Below are positions 38,301 to 50,300 of a DNA stretch of 64,000 nt, in pieces. Position 1 is the first letter of the stretch. Each line of letters opens with the position of its first letter. Made by a program: the position numbers and the translations under genes. The DNA lies in assembly GCA_027923505.1 (NCBI GenBank), contig BROI01000006.1, forward strand, positions 744,001-808,000. The letters run 5' to 3'. This DNA is from Mayamaea pseudoterrestris (taxonomy: Eukaryota). The notes beneath the pieces were generated by a model that was given only the letters and a program-made list of their open reading frames with translations, had not been told where the DNA came from and made no database searches.

Positions 38301-41300
38301 CTCGTCTATGACTCCAGGCATGGGGACGTTACTGCGGAGCCAGTCAAGTGCATTTCCTAAAACTTTGGGTTTGTCCTTTGGTTTAATCCGTTCCTTTGGC
38401 ACTGGAATACCAGACAAAGTGGCAAGTGCCTCAAGCATTGGCTCAGTCACATCACCAGGAGCAATTTCATGGGTTCGAATCCATTCAAGAGTGTCATCCA
38501 AAGCACCCTTTTGTAAAGCTGTCAGTGGCTTTTGAGGTATAGGCACTCCAGCCAAGGTTGCAAGTGACTGCAGGGTGGTCTCATCAACAGTTGCCGGGTT
38601 TGGATCATTGTTGCGGAGCCAACTCAAGGCATGCCCAAGAATCTTGGGCTTGCTTTTTGGTGTTATGTGCTCCCGTGGCATGGGAATACCAGCCAAAGTA
38701 GCAAGTGCATCTAACTCTGCTTCATCCAAGTCACTTGGCTTTATTTCATTATTACGCACCCAGTCAACCATATCCTGCAAAGCCTCTGATTGCTCTAATG
38801 ACAATTGATGACTAGGCATTGGTATGCCAGCAAGTGTAGCAAGGGACAACAAGGTTGTTTCATCAACGTCATGAGGTTTCAAGTTATTCTTGCGCAGCCA
38901 AGTCAATGACTCATCCAAAATCTGAGGCTTGTCCTTTGCAAGAATCTTCCTTGCTGGCACAGGAACCCCCACAATGCTGGCTAGTGCTCGAAGCACAGGC
39001 TTACCCACATCCTCAGGCTTGATATTGGTGTTGCGGATCCAGTTCACTGCCTTGTCCAAGGACTCCCGCTGCGCAGATGTCAAAGATTCTTTGGGAACAG
39101 GTACACCTGCAAGATTTGACAGTGCTTGGAGTGTTGGAGTATCCACCAATTCTGGGTTGGGGGAGTTGTTACGCAGCCAGTTTAAGGCATTCTCCACAAT
39201 AGTTGTCTTGTCTTTGGGTAATGTCTTGGCCACTGGTAAAGGAATTCCAGCCACATTTGCTAGCGCCAGCAATGCAGGCTGGTCAAGGTCTGCAGGATGG
39301 GGCTTGTTGTTACGAAGCCAATCAACAGACTTATCAAGTGCATCCATCTGGTCCTTGGCAAGGCTACCTTTTGGTATTGGGAGACCAGCAAGTGTGGCCA
39401 GTGATTGCAGCGTTGGTGCATCCAGCGCTATAGGATTAGGGTCATTGTGTCGCAGCCACTCAACAGCGTTGGCAATGATCTTTTGTTTGTCCTTTGATTG
39501 AACCTTGATTGGTAGAGGTATGCCAGCTAAATTTGCCATCGCCTGCATTGTTGCTTCATCAATATCATCTGGTACAAGGTCATTGTTACGGATCCAGTTC
39601 AATGACTTACTTAAGACCTCCTGCTTTGCAGGGGTGAAATTGCTTGTTGGCATTGGCAAGCCAGCCAGTGAGGCTAGACGTTTGACATCCTGAAAATCTA
39701 CAATTTTTGATTGTGGACCCTGATGTTGATCCATTGTTTGTGTCTTGGGTGAAATATCCACACTTGCAGACCTGTCCTTATTTTCTGGGAAAGGAATACC
39801 AGCAAGGTTGGCCAGTGGAGCAATCAGTGGTAGGTCCACAATCCTAGGATGAGGGTCATTGTTTCGAAGCCACTCCAAAGATTGATTAACAGTAGATGCC
39901 TTATCAGGATAAGCTGAGCAAGTTGGTATTGGAATGCCAGCAAGGCTTGCAAGAGTATCCAAGGAACCTGGATCAACTGATTCAGATAAGATGGTATTTG
40001 TCCGTAGCCAAGTTAAGCTGTCTTCAAAAGCTTTTTTCTCACATGGGGACAACTTTTTATGTGGCACAGCTATTCCTGCAAGGGTGGCAAGAGGTAAAAG
40101 GACGGCCTCATCAACATCATCTGGATCAGGACTGTTACTTCTAAGCCAATCAAAGGCACTTTCCAGAAATTTGGATTTCTCCTTTAACCTAACCTGTTCC
40201 TTAGGCACTGGAATACCAGACAAAGTGGCAAGTGCCTCAAGCATTGGCTCAGTCACATCACCAGGAGCAATTTCATGGGTTCGAATCCATTCAAGAGTGT
40301 CATCCAAAGCACCCTTTTGTAAAGCTGTCAGTGGCTTTTGAGGTATAGGCACTCCAGCCAAGGTTGCAAGTGACTGCAGGGTGGTCTCGTCAACAGTTGC
40401 CGGGTTTGGATCATTGTTGCGGAGCCAACTCAAGGCATGCTCAAGAATCTTGGGCTTGCTTTTTGGTGTTATGTGCTCCCGTGGCATGGGAATACCAGCC
40501 AAAGTAGCAAGTGCATCTAACACTGCTTCATCCAAGTCACTCGGCTTTATTTCACTATTACGCACCCAGTCAACTATATCCTGCAAAGCCTCTGATTGCT
40601 CTGATGACAATTGATGACTAGGCATTGGTATGCCAGCAAGTGTAGCAAGGGACAACAAGGTTGTTTCATCAACATCTTGAGGTTTCAAATTATTCTTGCG
40701 CAGCCATGTCAATGACTCATCCAAAATCTGGGGCTTGTCCTTTGCAGAGATCCTCCTTGCTGGCACAGGAACCCCCGCAATGCTGGCTAGTGCTCGAAGC
40801 ACAGGCTCACCCACATCCTCAGGCTTGATGTTGGTGTTGCGGATCCAGTTCAATGCCTTGTCCAAGGATTCCCGCTGCGCAGATGTCAAAGATTCTTTGG
40901 GAACAGGTACACCTGCAAGATTTGACAGTGCTTGGAGTGTTGGAGTATCCACCAATTCTGGGTTGGGGGAGTTGTTACGCAGCCAGTTTAAGGCATTCTC
41001 CACAATAGTTGTCTTGTCTTTCGGTAATGTCTTGGCCACTGGTAAAGGAATGCCAGCCACATTTGCTAGCGCCAGCAATGCAGGCTGGTCAAGGTCTGCA
41101 GGATGGGGCTTGTTGTTACGCAGCCAGTCAACAGACTTATCCAGTGCATCCATCTGGTCCTTGGCAAGTCTACCTTTTTTTATTGGGAGACCAGCAAGTG
41201 TGGCCAGTGATTGCAGCATTGGTGCATCCACCGCTATAGGATCAGGGTCATTGTTTCGCAGCCACTTGATTGAAGCCTCTAGCACACCAGATTTCTGATG

Positions 41301-44300
41301 AGGCATAATGTCTCCACAAGGTAAAGCTAGGCCTGATAATGAAGCCAAGGCCTTCAGCGCTTCATTGTTGACTTTATCTGGGTGCGGATCATGGTTTCTC
41401 AACCACTCTAACGTTTCTTCAAGAGATAGCTTCTGTTCAAAGTTTAGATTGCCATTGGGGATGGTTTGGCCTGCACAGTTGGCAATGGCACGTAGGACAG
41501 GAAGATTCATTTGGTTTGTCTGCGGCTCGTTGTTCCTGAGCCATTCAAGTGCACTTTCCAATACTTTAGATCTGACTTCAGGTGGCAATCGTTTCATAGG
41601 TAATGAAAGACCTGCAACGTTGGCAAGTGCATGTAAAGCATCATCACTGACGTTGATAGGTTTAATACTACTACTCCTTATCCACTCAACGGCATCCTCC
41701 AGTGCGGTACGCTCATCTGGCGAAAGCTTTCTCTGCGGTACTGGGACCCCAGCCAGATTTGCGAGTGTTCTCAGCGTCGCCTCGTTCAAGTCTGCTGGGC
41801 TGGGGTCATTGTTCCGCAGCCAAGTTAAGGCTTGATCCAAAATTATTGGTTTATTCACATCGCGTGCAGCTCGATCCTCCGGCAAAGCAAGACCAGCCAA
41901 GCCTGCCAGTGCCACAAGGGATGGCTCATCGACGTCGCTTGTCGTGATACTGCTGTTTCGGTACCATTCTAATGTATCATCAAAAGCTTTCTCTTGTTCT
42001 GGTGTCAGTTTCTGATGAGGCAATGGCGTGCCTGCAAGGTTGAGCAGAGAGTGAAATGTTGGAAAATCCAAAGCATCAAAGTTGGGGTCGTGACTTCGAA
42101 TCCAATCAAGACAGTCATCCAAAACCAAAGGACCACATTCGTCTCTTGCAATCACCCTGGGAACAAAAAGGCCCGCTAAGTTTGCAAATGCCCCCAAAGT
42201 TTCGTCATCGACATCATCTGGCTGCACATTGTTCGTTCTTAGCCACTTTAACAGGTCAGGAAACATCTTTCTCTGGGCATCGGTGAGTTCCGCCTGTGGC
42301 AGCGGAATCCCGGCTAGATTAGCAAGTGAATTGAGCGTATCAAGGTCAACATCATCATGGTCTATTGTGTTGTTTCGCAACCAGTTTAATGAGTCTTCGA
42401 TAATTGTTGTTCCACCACCACCGGGGGAGCTGTATTTCAGCATTGGCATTCCAGCCAGCGTTGCGAGAGACTGAATTGTAGGAAGATCCATCTCAGCAAA
42501 ATTTGGCTCGTTGTTTCGCAACCAAGTAAGGGCATCATCGAGTGCCCTCTTCTGCTCTAGTGAGAGTGATGCCTTCGGAAGCTCAATGCCCGCTAGCTTC
42601 GCCAGAGTTTTCAGAGAAGAAGCATCGACATGGGCAGCATCTGGTGAGTTGTTGCGCAGCCATTCTAGTGCATCGCGAAGGACTTGAGGTCGTTCAGACT
42701 TCGGAATTCTGCCAGTTGGGATGGGGATGCCTGCTACATTGGCAAGTGCTTCTACAAAGGCTTCATCTACATAGGAAATGCTGTCGCCATTGCTTCGAAG
42801 CCAGTTAAGCATGTCTGCAACCGCTTCCTGCTCTTTCGCTGATGAATGAGTCGGCATCGAAACACCTGCGAGATTGGCAATCTTCTGCAATACTGGTATC
42901 TCTACGTTTCCAAGAACTGGTTCGTTGCTGCGTAACCAATTTATAGCATCCTCGCCAATAGCTTTTGGAGATTTTGCAGACCCTCGAGGCAAAGACAAAC
43001 CAGCAACGCTTACCAAAGCACTGACAAAAGCAGGATCTTTTAAATTTTTCGGCGTTGGCTCATTATTGCGTAGCCACTTCCAAGTCTGATCAAGCAGCTC
43101 ATTCCTCTTGCCAGCTGGCAATGTCCCTCTCGGTAATTTTAAGTGGACGACATTCGATAAAGTTTTCAATGTGGTCGCGTCCAAGGTACCAGCTTCTGGC
43201 GGCTTATTGTTCCGAATCCATTCAAGAGCTTCTTGCGCTGCCATATTGGAAGTAGAAACGTAATTGTGGGGCATTGGCATGCCAGCAATATTAGCAATAG
43301 ACTGTATGGCGTCATCACTTAAATCATCCTTGGGGGCATCATTATGACGTAGCCATTCGACAGCTTCTTCAATGACCTGCTGTTTTTTCTCTGCGGAAAC
43401 ACGAGTGTATGGTAGGGGAATGCCTGCTAAATTGCAGAGTTCTATGAGTGTGTCATCGTCTATATCTGTAGCCGATGGCTCATTATTCCGCAGCCACTGC
43501 AGCGATTCTTCCGTCAAAACTTTAGGGGCCTTATCATAGCCTTCGGGGACCGAAGCTTCCGATATATTGACAAGCGACTGTATGATCTCAGGTGCATCCA
43601 GATCTCTCGGCAAAGGATTGTTTTGGCGAACCCACTTCACCGTTTCTTTTAGCAAGTCTTTCTTCGCCTCGGCGGGCAGCAAACCGCAAGGAACGGCAAT
43701 TCCCGCCATTTTTGCTAGAGGGCGGAGAGTCCCTTCATCAACATCTTCAACGCGTGGCATATTATTTCGTAACCAGTCGATTGCCACCTCTTTAGTTCTG
43801 GTGGGCGATGCGGTTACTGGCGTACCCAATGGCAAAGTCATGCCAGCCAGATTGACCAAGGACTCAATAACAGGGTCACTGAGCTGATCAGCATATATGT
43901 CATTGTTTCGTAGCCAGTCGACCGTGTCGCCGAGTAGCCTCTTCCTTTCGTCCGGCAAGAGCTGGCGCGATGGCAAGGTGAGCCCAGCAAAAGTCGCAAG
44001 AACCTCCAGAGCAGGTTCATCCACTTCATCAGCACTCGGTCGATTGCTTCGCAACCAGTTGAGGGCGTCATCAGCAGCATTTTTTGCTGTTTTAGGGAAA
44101 CCACGCGGTGTATCACCGTGCGTGACTTTAGACAATGCTTCAACTATGCAAGGGTCCGACAAGGATCTCGCAGCAATGTCGTTGTCACGAAGCCAATCCC
44201 AGCACTTGTCCAGAATAGTTTTCTTAATATGGGGAGGGATTGTTCCTCTTGGAGCATGCACAGATGCGACATTCGCTAAAACGCGAAGATCAGAATCATG

Positions 44301-47300
44301 AAAGTTTTCAATCTTCGGCGGTGAATTGTTGCGAATCCATTCGACGGCATCTTCAACCGTCTTATTTGGCGGCGGTGAATATCCACTAGGCATAGGTATT
44401 CCTGCAACATTTGCTAGCGACTGGAGCAATGCATCACTGATAATAGCAGGCGCTGGATCATTTCTTCGCAGCCATAGAATGCACTCTTCGACAATTGCCG
44501 TTTTTTCTGATAAAGTAAGGTTGCTAGGAGCCATAGGCACACCAGCTAAGTTCGCTAAACATGTAAGCTCACCTACGTCAAGAGTAGATGCGTTTGGAGT
44601 GTTCTGTCGCAACCAGCTAACAGCTTTATCGATGGCTTCTCGCTTGGCCAGTGAGGAAAGAGGAAGAGGCAGATCGACTTGGGCAACATTTGCCAAAGCA
44701 CAGAGTGTCGGTCCATCGATGTCAACTTCCTCTAGGTCACTGTTACGCAACCAGTTTATGACATGATCGAAAATGCACATTTTTTGCCTCGTTGTCATAT
44801 TTCCTTGGGGTGCTGACACATTTGCTAAAGTAGACAGTGCGCTGAGTGAAGGCGTATCGAAATCGCTAGCTTTTACGTCAGCATTTCGGGTCCAATGTAG
44901 TATATCAAGTGTGACTCTCTCGCGATCCGTGGGTGAAAGGCTACCAGGGGGCAGCGGGAATCCTGCAAGATTTGTCAAAGCTGTTGCCACAGGATCAGTG
45001 ATGTTCTCATCTGAAAGACCATTACAGCGCAGCCAAGAAACAACATCATCTAATGCTTTTGCTTTCTTTGCTGTATCAATCTTTCCGTAAGGTATCGATA
45101 TGCCTGAAATGCTTGCCAAAATCCGGATGCTTGCATCATCAATATTTTTATGCGATGGTGTGTTAATCCGAAGCCAATTCAACGCCTCTTGTGCAATTTT
45201 TGTCGTCGGTGTCAAGGCAAAACGGCTATGTGGCATTACAATGCCGACTATTTGAGCCAGAGCATACACGTCTGGGTCGTCAATGATGCTCGACACTAAG
45301 CCATTTTTTCGAATCCAGTTGACGGCGTCGTCCAGTGCCTGGTTTTTCATTTTGGGTGTAAGCTTGCCTAAGGGAAGCGGCATTCCGGCAACATTACACA
45401 GTGTCCGCACGTCACTTTCTGCCAATTCGTCTGTCACCAGCGTATTATTACGCAGCCAGAGGACCGCATCATCTGTAACTTGACGCTTGGTGTCAGAGGG
45501 TAACAATCCTGTGACAGGAATCCCACCCAGATTGGCCAAAGCTTTTAGGCCTTCGTCGCTCAATATATCTGTTGAAGGTGTACTACTGCGCAGCCAATCT
45601 ATTGTCTGGTCAAGAATCTCTTTCTTCTTTTTCTGATTCATTTTGCGTCGGGGAAACGAGATTCCAGCTACATTTGCCAAACAAACTAGACTCGGCTCAT
45701 CAAAATCACCCATATTCACGTCATTGTTACGAATCCAATCGAGAGCAGCGTCGGCAGCTTGTTTCTTTGCTAGCGCTGACTTGGACAAGGGTACCTCTAC
45801 ACCAGCAATGTTACAAAGTGCGGAAAGAATGGGATCTGCTAAGTCAGCAACACACGGTTTACATTGCCGTGTCCACAAAACGAATTGTTCAATTAATTCT
45901 TTTTGTTTCCCAGGTGTGTGTGGGCCATTAGGAAGTGACAACCCTGCTAAAATGCTCAGCTGCATGAGTATATCCGCATCCATTTCTATAGGTAGTGGAC
46001 TGTTGTTTCGAAGCCAATTCAGAGCATCCTCGGCGGTAGCTTCCAGGGCGGGGCGAGATAAGAGTCCCCGACGAGGGTAGGCAACACTTGCATTCACAAG
46101 AGCGTGAATAACAGGATCTTCAAGATCGTGTGCTTTAAGCCGATTGTTGCGGAGCCAGTTCATTGACTTCTCAAGAATATCCCTCCTTGCTGCTGGACCT
46201 AACTTTCCTGATACCATCGAAATACCGGCAAGATTTGCAAGATGAATTATGGAAGCATCATCAAGATCGTCTGGATTGGTGCCCTTCACGCGTAGCCAGT
46301 CCCACGATTCCTCGCATAATTTCTCCTTCGCTGCAAGCGACAGCTCTACGCCGGGCAGTGAAATGTTTGCAAGATTTGCCAAGGACTCAAGCATTAGCTC
46401 ATCAATATCTTGAGTCTTCGGATCATTGTTCCGCAACCACGCGTAACTTGCATCAAGGACACTGCTTTTCTTCTCGGGAGAGAGCTTGCTTGGAACTGAA
46501 ATACCAGCGAGATTGGCCAGCATTGTAAGCATATTATCATCAACACTGTCGAGTGGTAAAGTATTGTTCCGCAGCCAGTTTACCGCCTCGGAGATGACTT
46601 GTCTCTTCGCGGCATTACACAGAGGCATTCCAGGCATCGGAATCCCAGCGATATTCGCTAAAGCTAGTGTCTCCGGATCGTCGAGATTTTCTGGTGAAAA
46701 GAAATTGTTTCTCAGCCAAACTATTGCACAGTCCAACCGCTCCTGTTGTTCCTTTAAACCTAGTTTGCCTGTGGGGACGTAGATGCCACATATATTTGAC
46801 AATTGCCGAATTGTTTCCTCGTCAGTATCCACAGCACGGGGGCTGTTGTTGCGTAACCAGTCCATGCTGGTTTTGATTATTCGCTTTTTGGTCGATAAAG
46901 AGATTTTGCACGCCGGAATAGGTAGGCTAGTGACACTTAACAAGGCTGACAGGGTGTGATCATCGACAGCGTCTCTTGGTGTGTCGTTTTTACGGAGCCA
47001 ATTTATCGCTTCATCGAGGGCCGCACTTTTATCCTTCGGGGTCAACCGGCAGCCTGCAGGTACCGAGACACCGGCCAATGACGCCAAATCCCTCACAGAA
47101 TCATCCTCAACTTTATCGGTGCAAGGTACTCCATGGTTCCTGATCCAGAGTAGAGCCCTTTCTGACAAGTCCAATTTTACTGACGCTGGCAGCGCAAAGG
47201 TAGGCACGGCAACGCCGGTGACGTTCACTAATGCCATTAGCGTCGGATCATCTAACTTTTCATGTGGTAGATTGTTGATACGCAGCCAGCGAATAGAATC

Positions 47301-50300
47301 TTTTAGTAACTTACTCTTTTCTTGCGGTTCTAATCGACCCTGAGAAACTGGTACACCAGCAAGTTTCGCTAACTTCCTAACAGAATGGTCATCAATACTA
47401 GCCACGGCTAATGAATCTCTGTTCCGAATCCAATCAAGTGCGTCAACGGCAAGCTTGCCTTTTATCGAGAGTGGCAATGACGCAACAGGAGCAGTGATCT
47501 GAGTAACGTTTAAAAGAGCATCCAGTGTAGAATCATCGCAAGCAGCTTTCGGTGGATCGTTGCTGCGCAGCCAATTCCATGCCATCTCTATAGCTCTCGT
47601 CTTGTCTTGAGGCTTAATCGTGCTGGCTAGCGAAACACCAGCTACGTTGCAGAGGTGACGAAGATTATCGTCGTCAATGTCTGTCGGAATGTCATCTGTG
47701 TTTCGAATCCAGGCTAAAGCATCATCCATTAGTTTTTGTTTAGACGAGTGTGGTGCAGTAAGAAGGTGCATTGAAAGTCCAACCAGATTGGCAAGAGCGT
47801 ATACCTCAGGCTCGCTCAAATCCGTAGGGAGAGCTTTGTTGTTTCGCAACCACACCAAAGACTCATTCAAAGATTGCCTCTTTTCCTCAACAGTTATCAC
47901 GCCCTTCATTGGAGTCAAGTTAGCAAGGTGCGATAACGCAATAATGTCATCATCGGTCATACAATTGGCTCGTAAGTCGTTGTTGTTTCGAATCCAATCC
48001 ATAGCTGCATCCACCAGGCTCTTCTTGGTCGCGGGTGTAAGACAGCCTTGGGGCATCGTAATTCCGGTAAGATTCGCGAGAGCCAGTATCATTGATTCAC
48101 TGAAACACGCCACAGTAGGTGTATTTTGACGCAACCACGACACGACGTCATCAATCCTCTTAAGTTTGGCGTCAGGCAGGAGATTTCCTATTGGAACTGG
48201 CATTCCCGCTAAGGTTGCGAGTGCTCGGATTGCGTCGTCGTCGACAACGGCCGTATCAGAAGGCTCGTAATTCCGAAGCCAACAAGTTGCGCTTTCAATA
48301 ACTCTCTTTTTAGCAGCAGACGGTAACGGGGGATAGAGAATCGGCGAAGAACCGAGATTTGCCAGAGCATGAAGAGTGGAATCCGATAGGTCTTCGTATG
48401 GTGGCAAGTTGTTCTTCCGCAACCAACTTACTGCTCGGTTCAAAACTTCTTTTTTCGATTCTGGCGTCAAAGCTCCAATTTGGCATGAGATACCTGCTAA
48501 GTTCACAATCTCCTGGGTACTCATATCATCAATGTCGTCAAAATTTGGATTGTTTCCATTACGAAGCCATTGAAGTGCTCCCAGGGCAATTTTCTCCGTT
48601 GCAGCCTTGGAAAGCATAGATTTTAAACTTCTGCTAGTTAAATTCGCTAAAACCCTCGCTGTTGCGTCGTCAAGGGTTGCTGATGATGGAACGTTCCTAC
48701 GCAGCCAGTTGATAGAGTCATCAATAATCTGCTGTTTTTGTCTCACTTCAAGTTCACCGCGAGGAACCGAAATTCCTGCAAGTGATGCCAAAGCACGCAT
48801 GCTCCGGTCATCCAAATCACGTGACTCTAGCGCTTTTTGATTGCGAATCCAACTGAGAACGTCCTGGATCACCTTGTTCTTGGCGGTTAAATTCATAAAT
48901 GTCGCATTTACTGGAATGCCTGAAATATTGGCAAGCGCTCCAATCTCTGTCGTGGTCAAATCTCCAGCTTTTAGGCAATTATTTCTCAGCCAGCTAACAG
49001 AAGCATTTAAAAGAGTTTGCTTCTCTGTTGGGCTGAGTCTCCGTTGTGGCATTGAGACCCCGGCAAGGTCAGCCAGTCCTTTCAAGCTCGGCTCATTAAC
49101 GTCTCCAATTTGTACATTATTGTTGCGAAGCCATTTAATCGCATCGTCGGCGATCTGTAGCTTGCTCGCGCGAGGAATATGGCCAACAGGCATTTTTATG
49201 CCTGCCAAATAAGCTAAGGCTTCGACTGCCGAATCGTCAAGATCCTCTCCGCGCAGTTTCGCGCTACGCAGCCAATCGAGACTTGCATTTACCACAGCCT
49301 GGGAACTCATTTCTGATGTTGGGTCAACCTGAGGTATTTCGGTTGCTGACAATGGCAGTCTGACGAGAGCCGCAATAATGTCATCGTTCAAATCGGCTTC
49401 AGCAGGAGTATTCTTTCGCAGCCAGGATACAACTTCTTCCATAACCTCCGCCTTCTCATCCAGAGAAAGTGTTCCCACGGGAGCCTGAACTCCTGTAAGT
49501 TCAACGAAAGCATCAAGCATTTCGTCGTCCACGACACCAAAAGACAGAGCATTTTTGTTCCTCAACCAAGACAACGTGTTTATCAGAACCGCTCGCCTGT
49601 CATCTGCAGAGATTCGGGGTTGTGGCATACCGATACCGGCAAATTTTGTCAATGACTCTAAAGTGTGAACGTCGATTTCTCCCAAGTTCTCAGTCTCGAT
49701 GGTATTCCTGCGAAGCCATGTAAGGGCCTCGTCAAATGCTGCTTGTTGCGCATCCTTTGATATAATGCCTTTAGGGAGCTCAATGCCTGCAAGATCGGCT
49801 AAAGCGTAAAACGTATCGTCATCGACATCACCGTACCTAGCTTTGTTATTGCGAAGCCAGTCCGCTGCAGACTGGAAAGCCTTTTCCTTGCCCCCTAAAG
49901 TAGCAGGGCCACGGATAGGGACGTCCATACCCGCCAGTTCTGCGAGCTTTAAAAGGACATCATCATTGACGTCATCGAAGTGTACCTCGTGCTGGCGCAA
50001 CCACAAGAGAGCATCGTCCATCACTTTCGCTTTGTCATCTTTCCGAATCTCACCTCGCACTACAGGTAGACCGGCAAGGTTCCTGAACGCATTTATAGTT
50101 TCATCGTCCAAATCATCCAAATTCGGCCTGTTTTCTCGCAGCCAATTCAGTGCACTCTCGACTTGACTATTAGCAAGCCCCATTTCAGAATTGTCGGCGA
50201 AATCTAGAACGTCGTCAACACTCCCACCACCACGAAGCTTCCTTAAAGCGATGGCCATGGCTTTGGCTCTTCGCTGCTCGTCTGTCAAAGGAGCTGACGC

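Larger units (their letters stand above)
28660..50170 (-). repeat. Coding tandem array of ~138-bp (~46-aa) units, consensus ~ [LD.A.NWLRNN.P.P..VDEPTL.ALANLAG.P.P...L....K...], about 150 units
   Basis: The W-L/I-R-N-N and ALANLAG motifs recur every ~45-47 aa across the span. The unit count is estimated from 21.5 kb / 138 bp. Confidence 0.92.
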
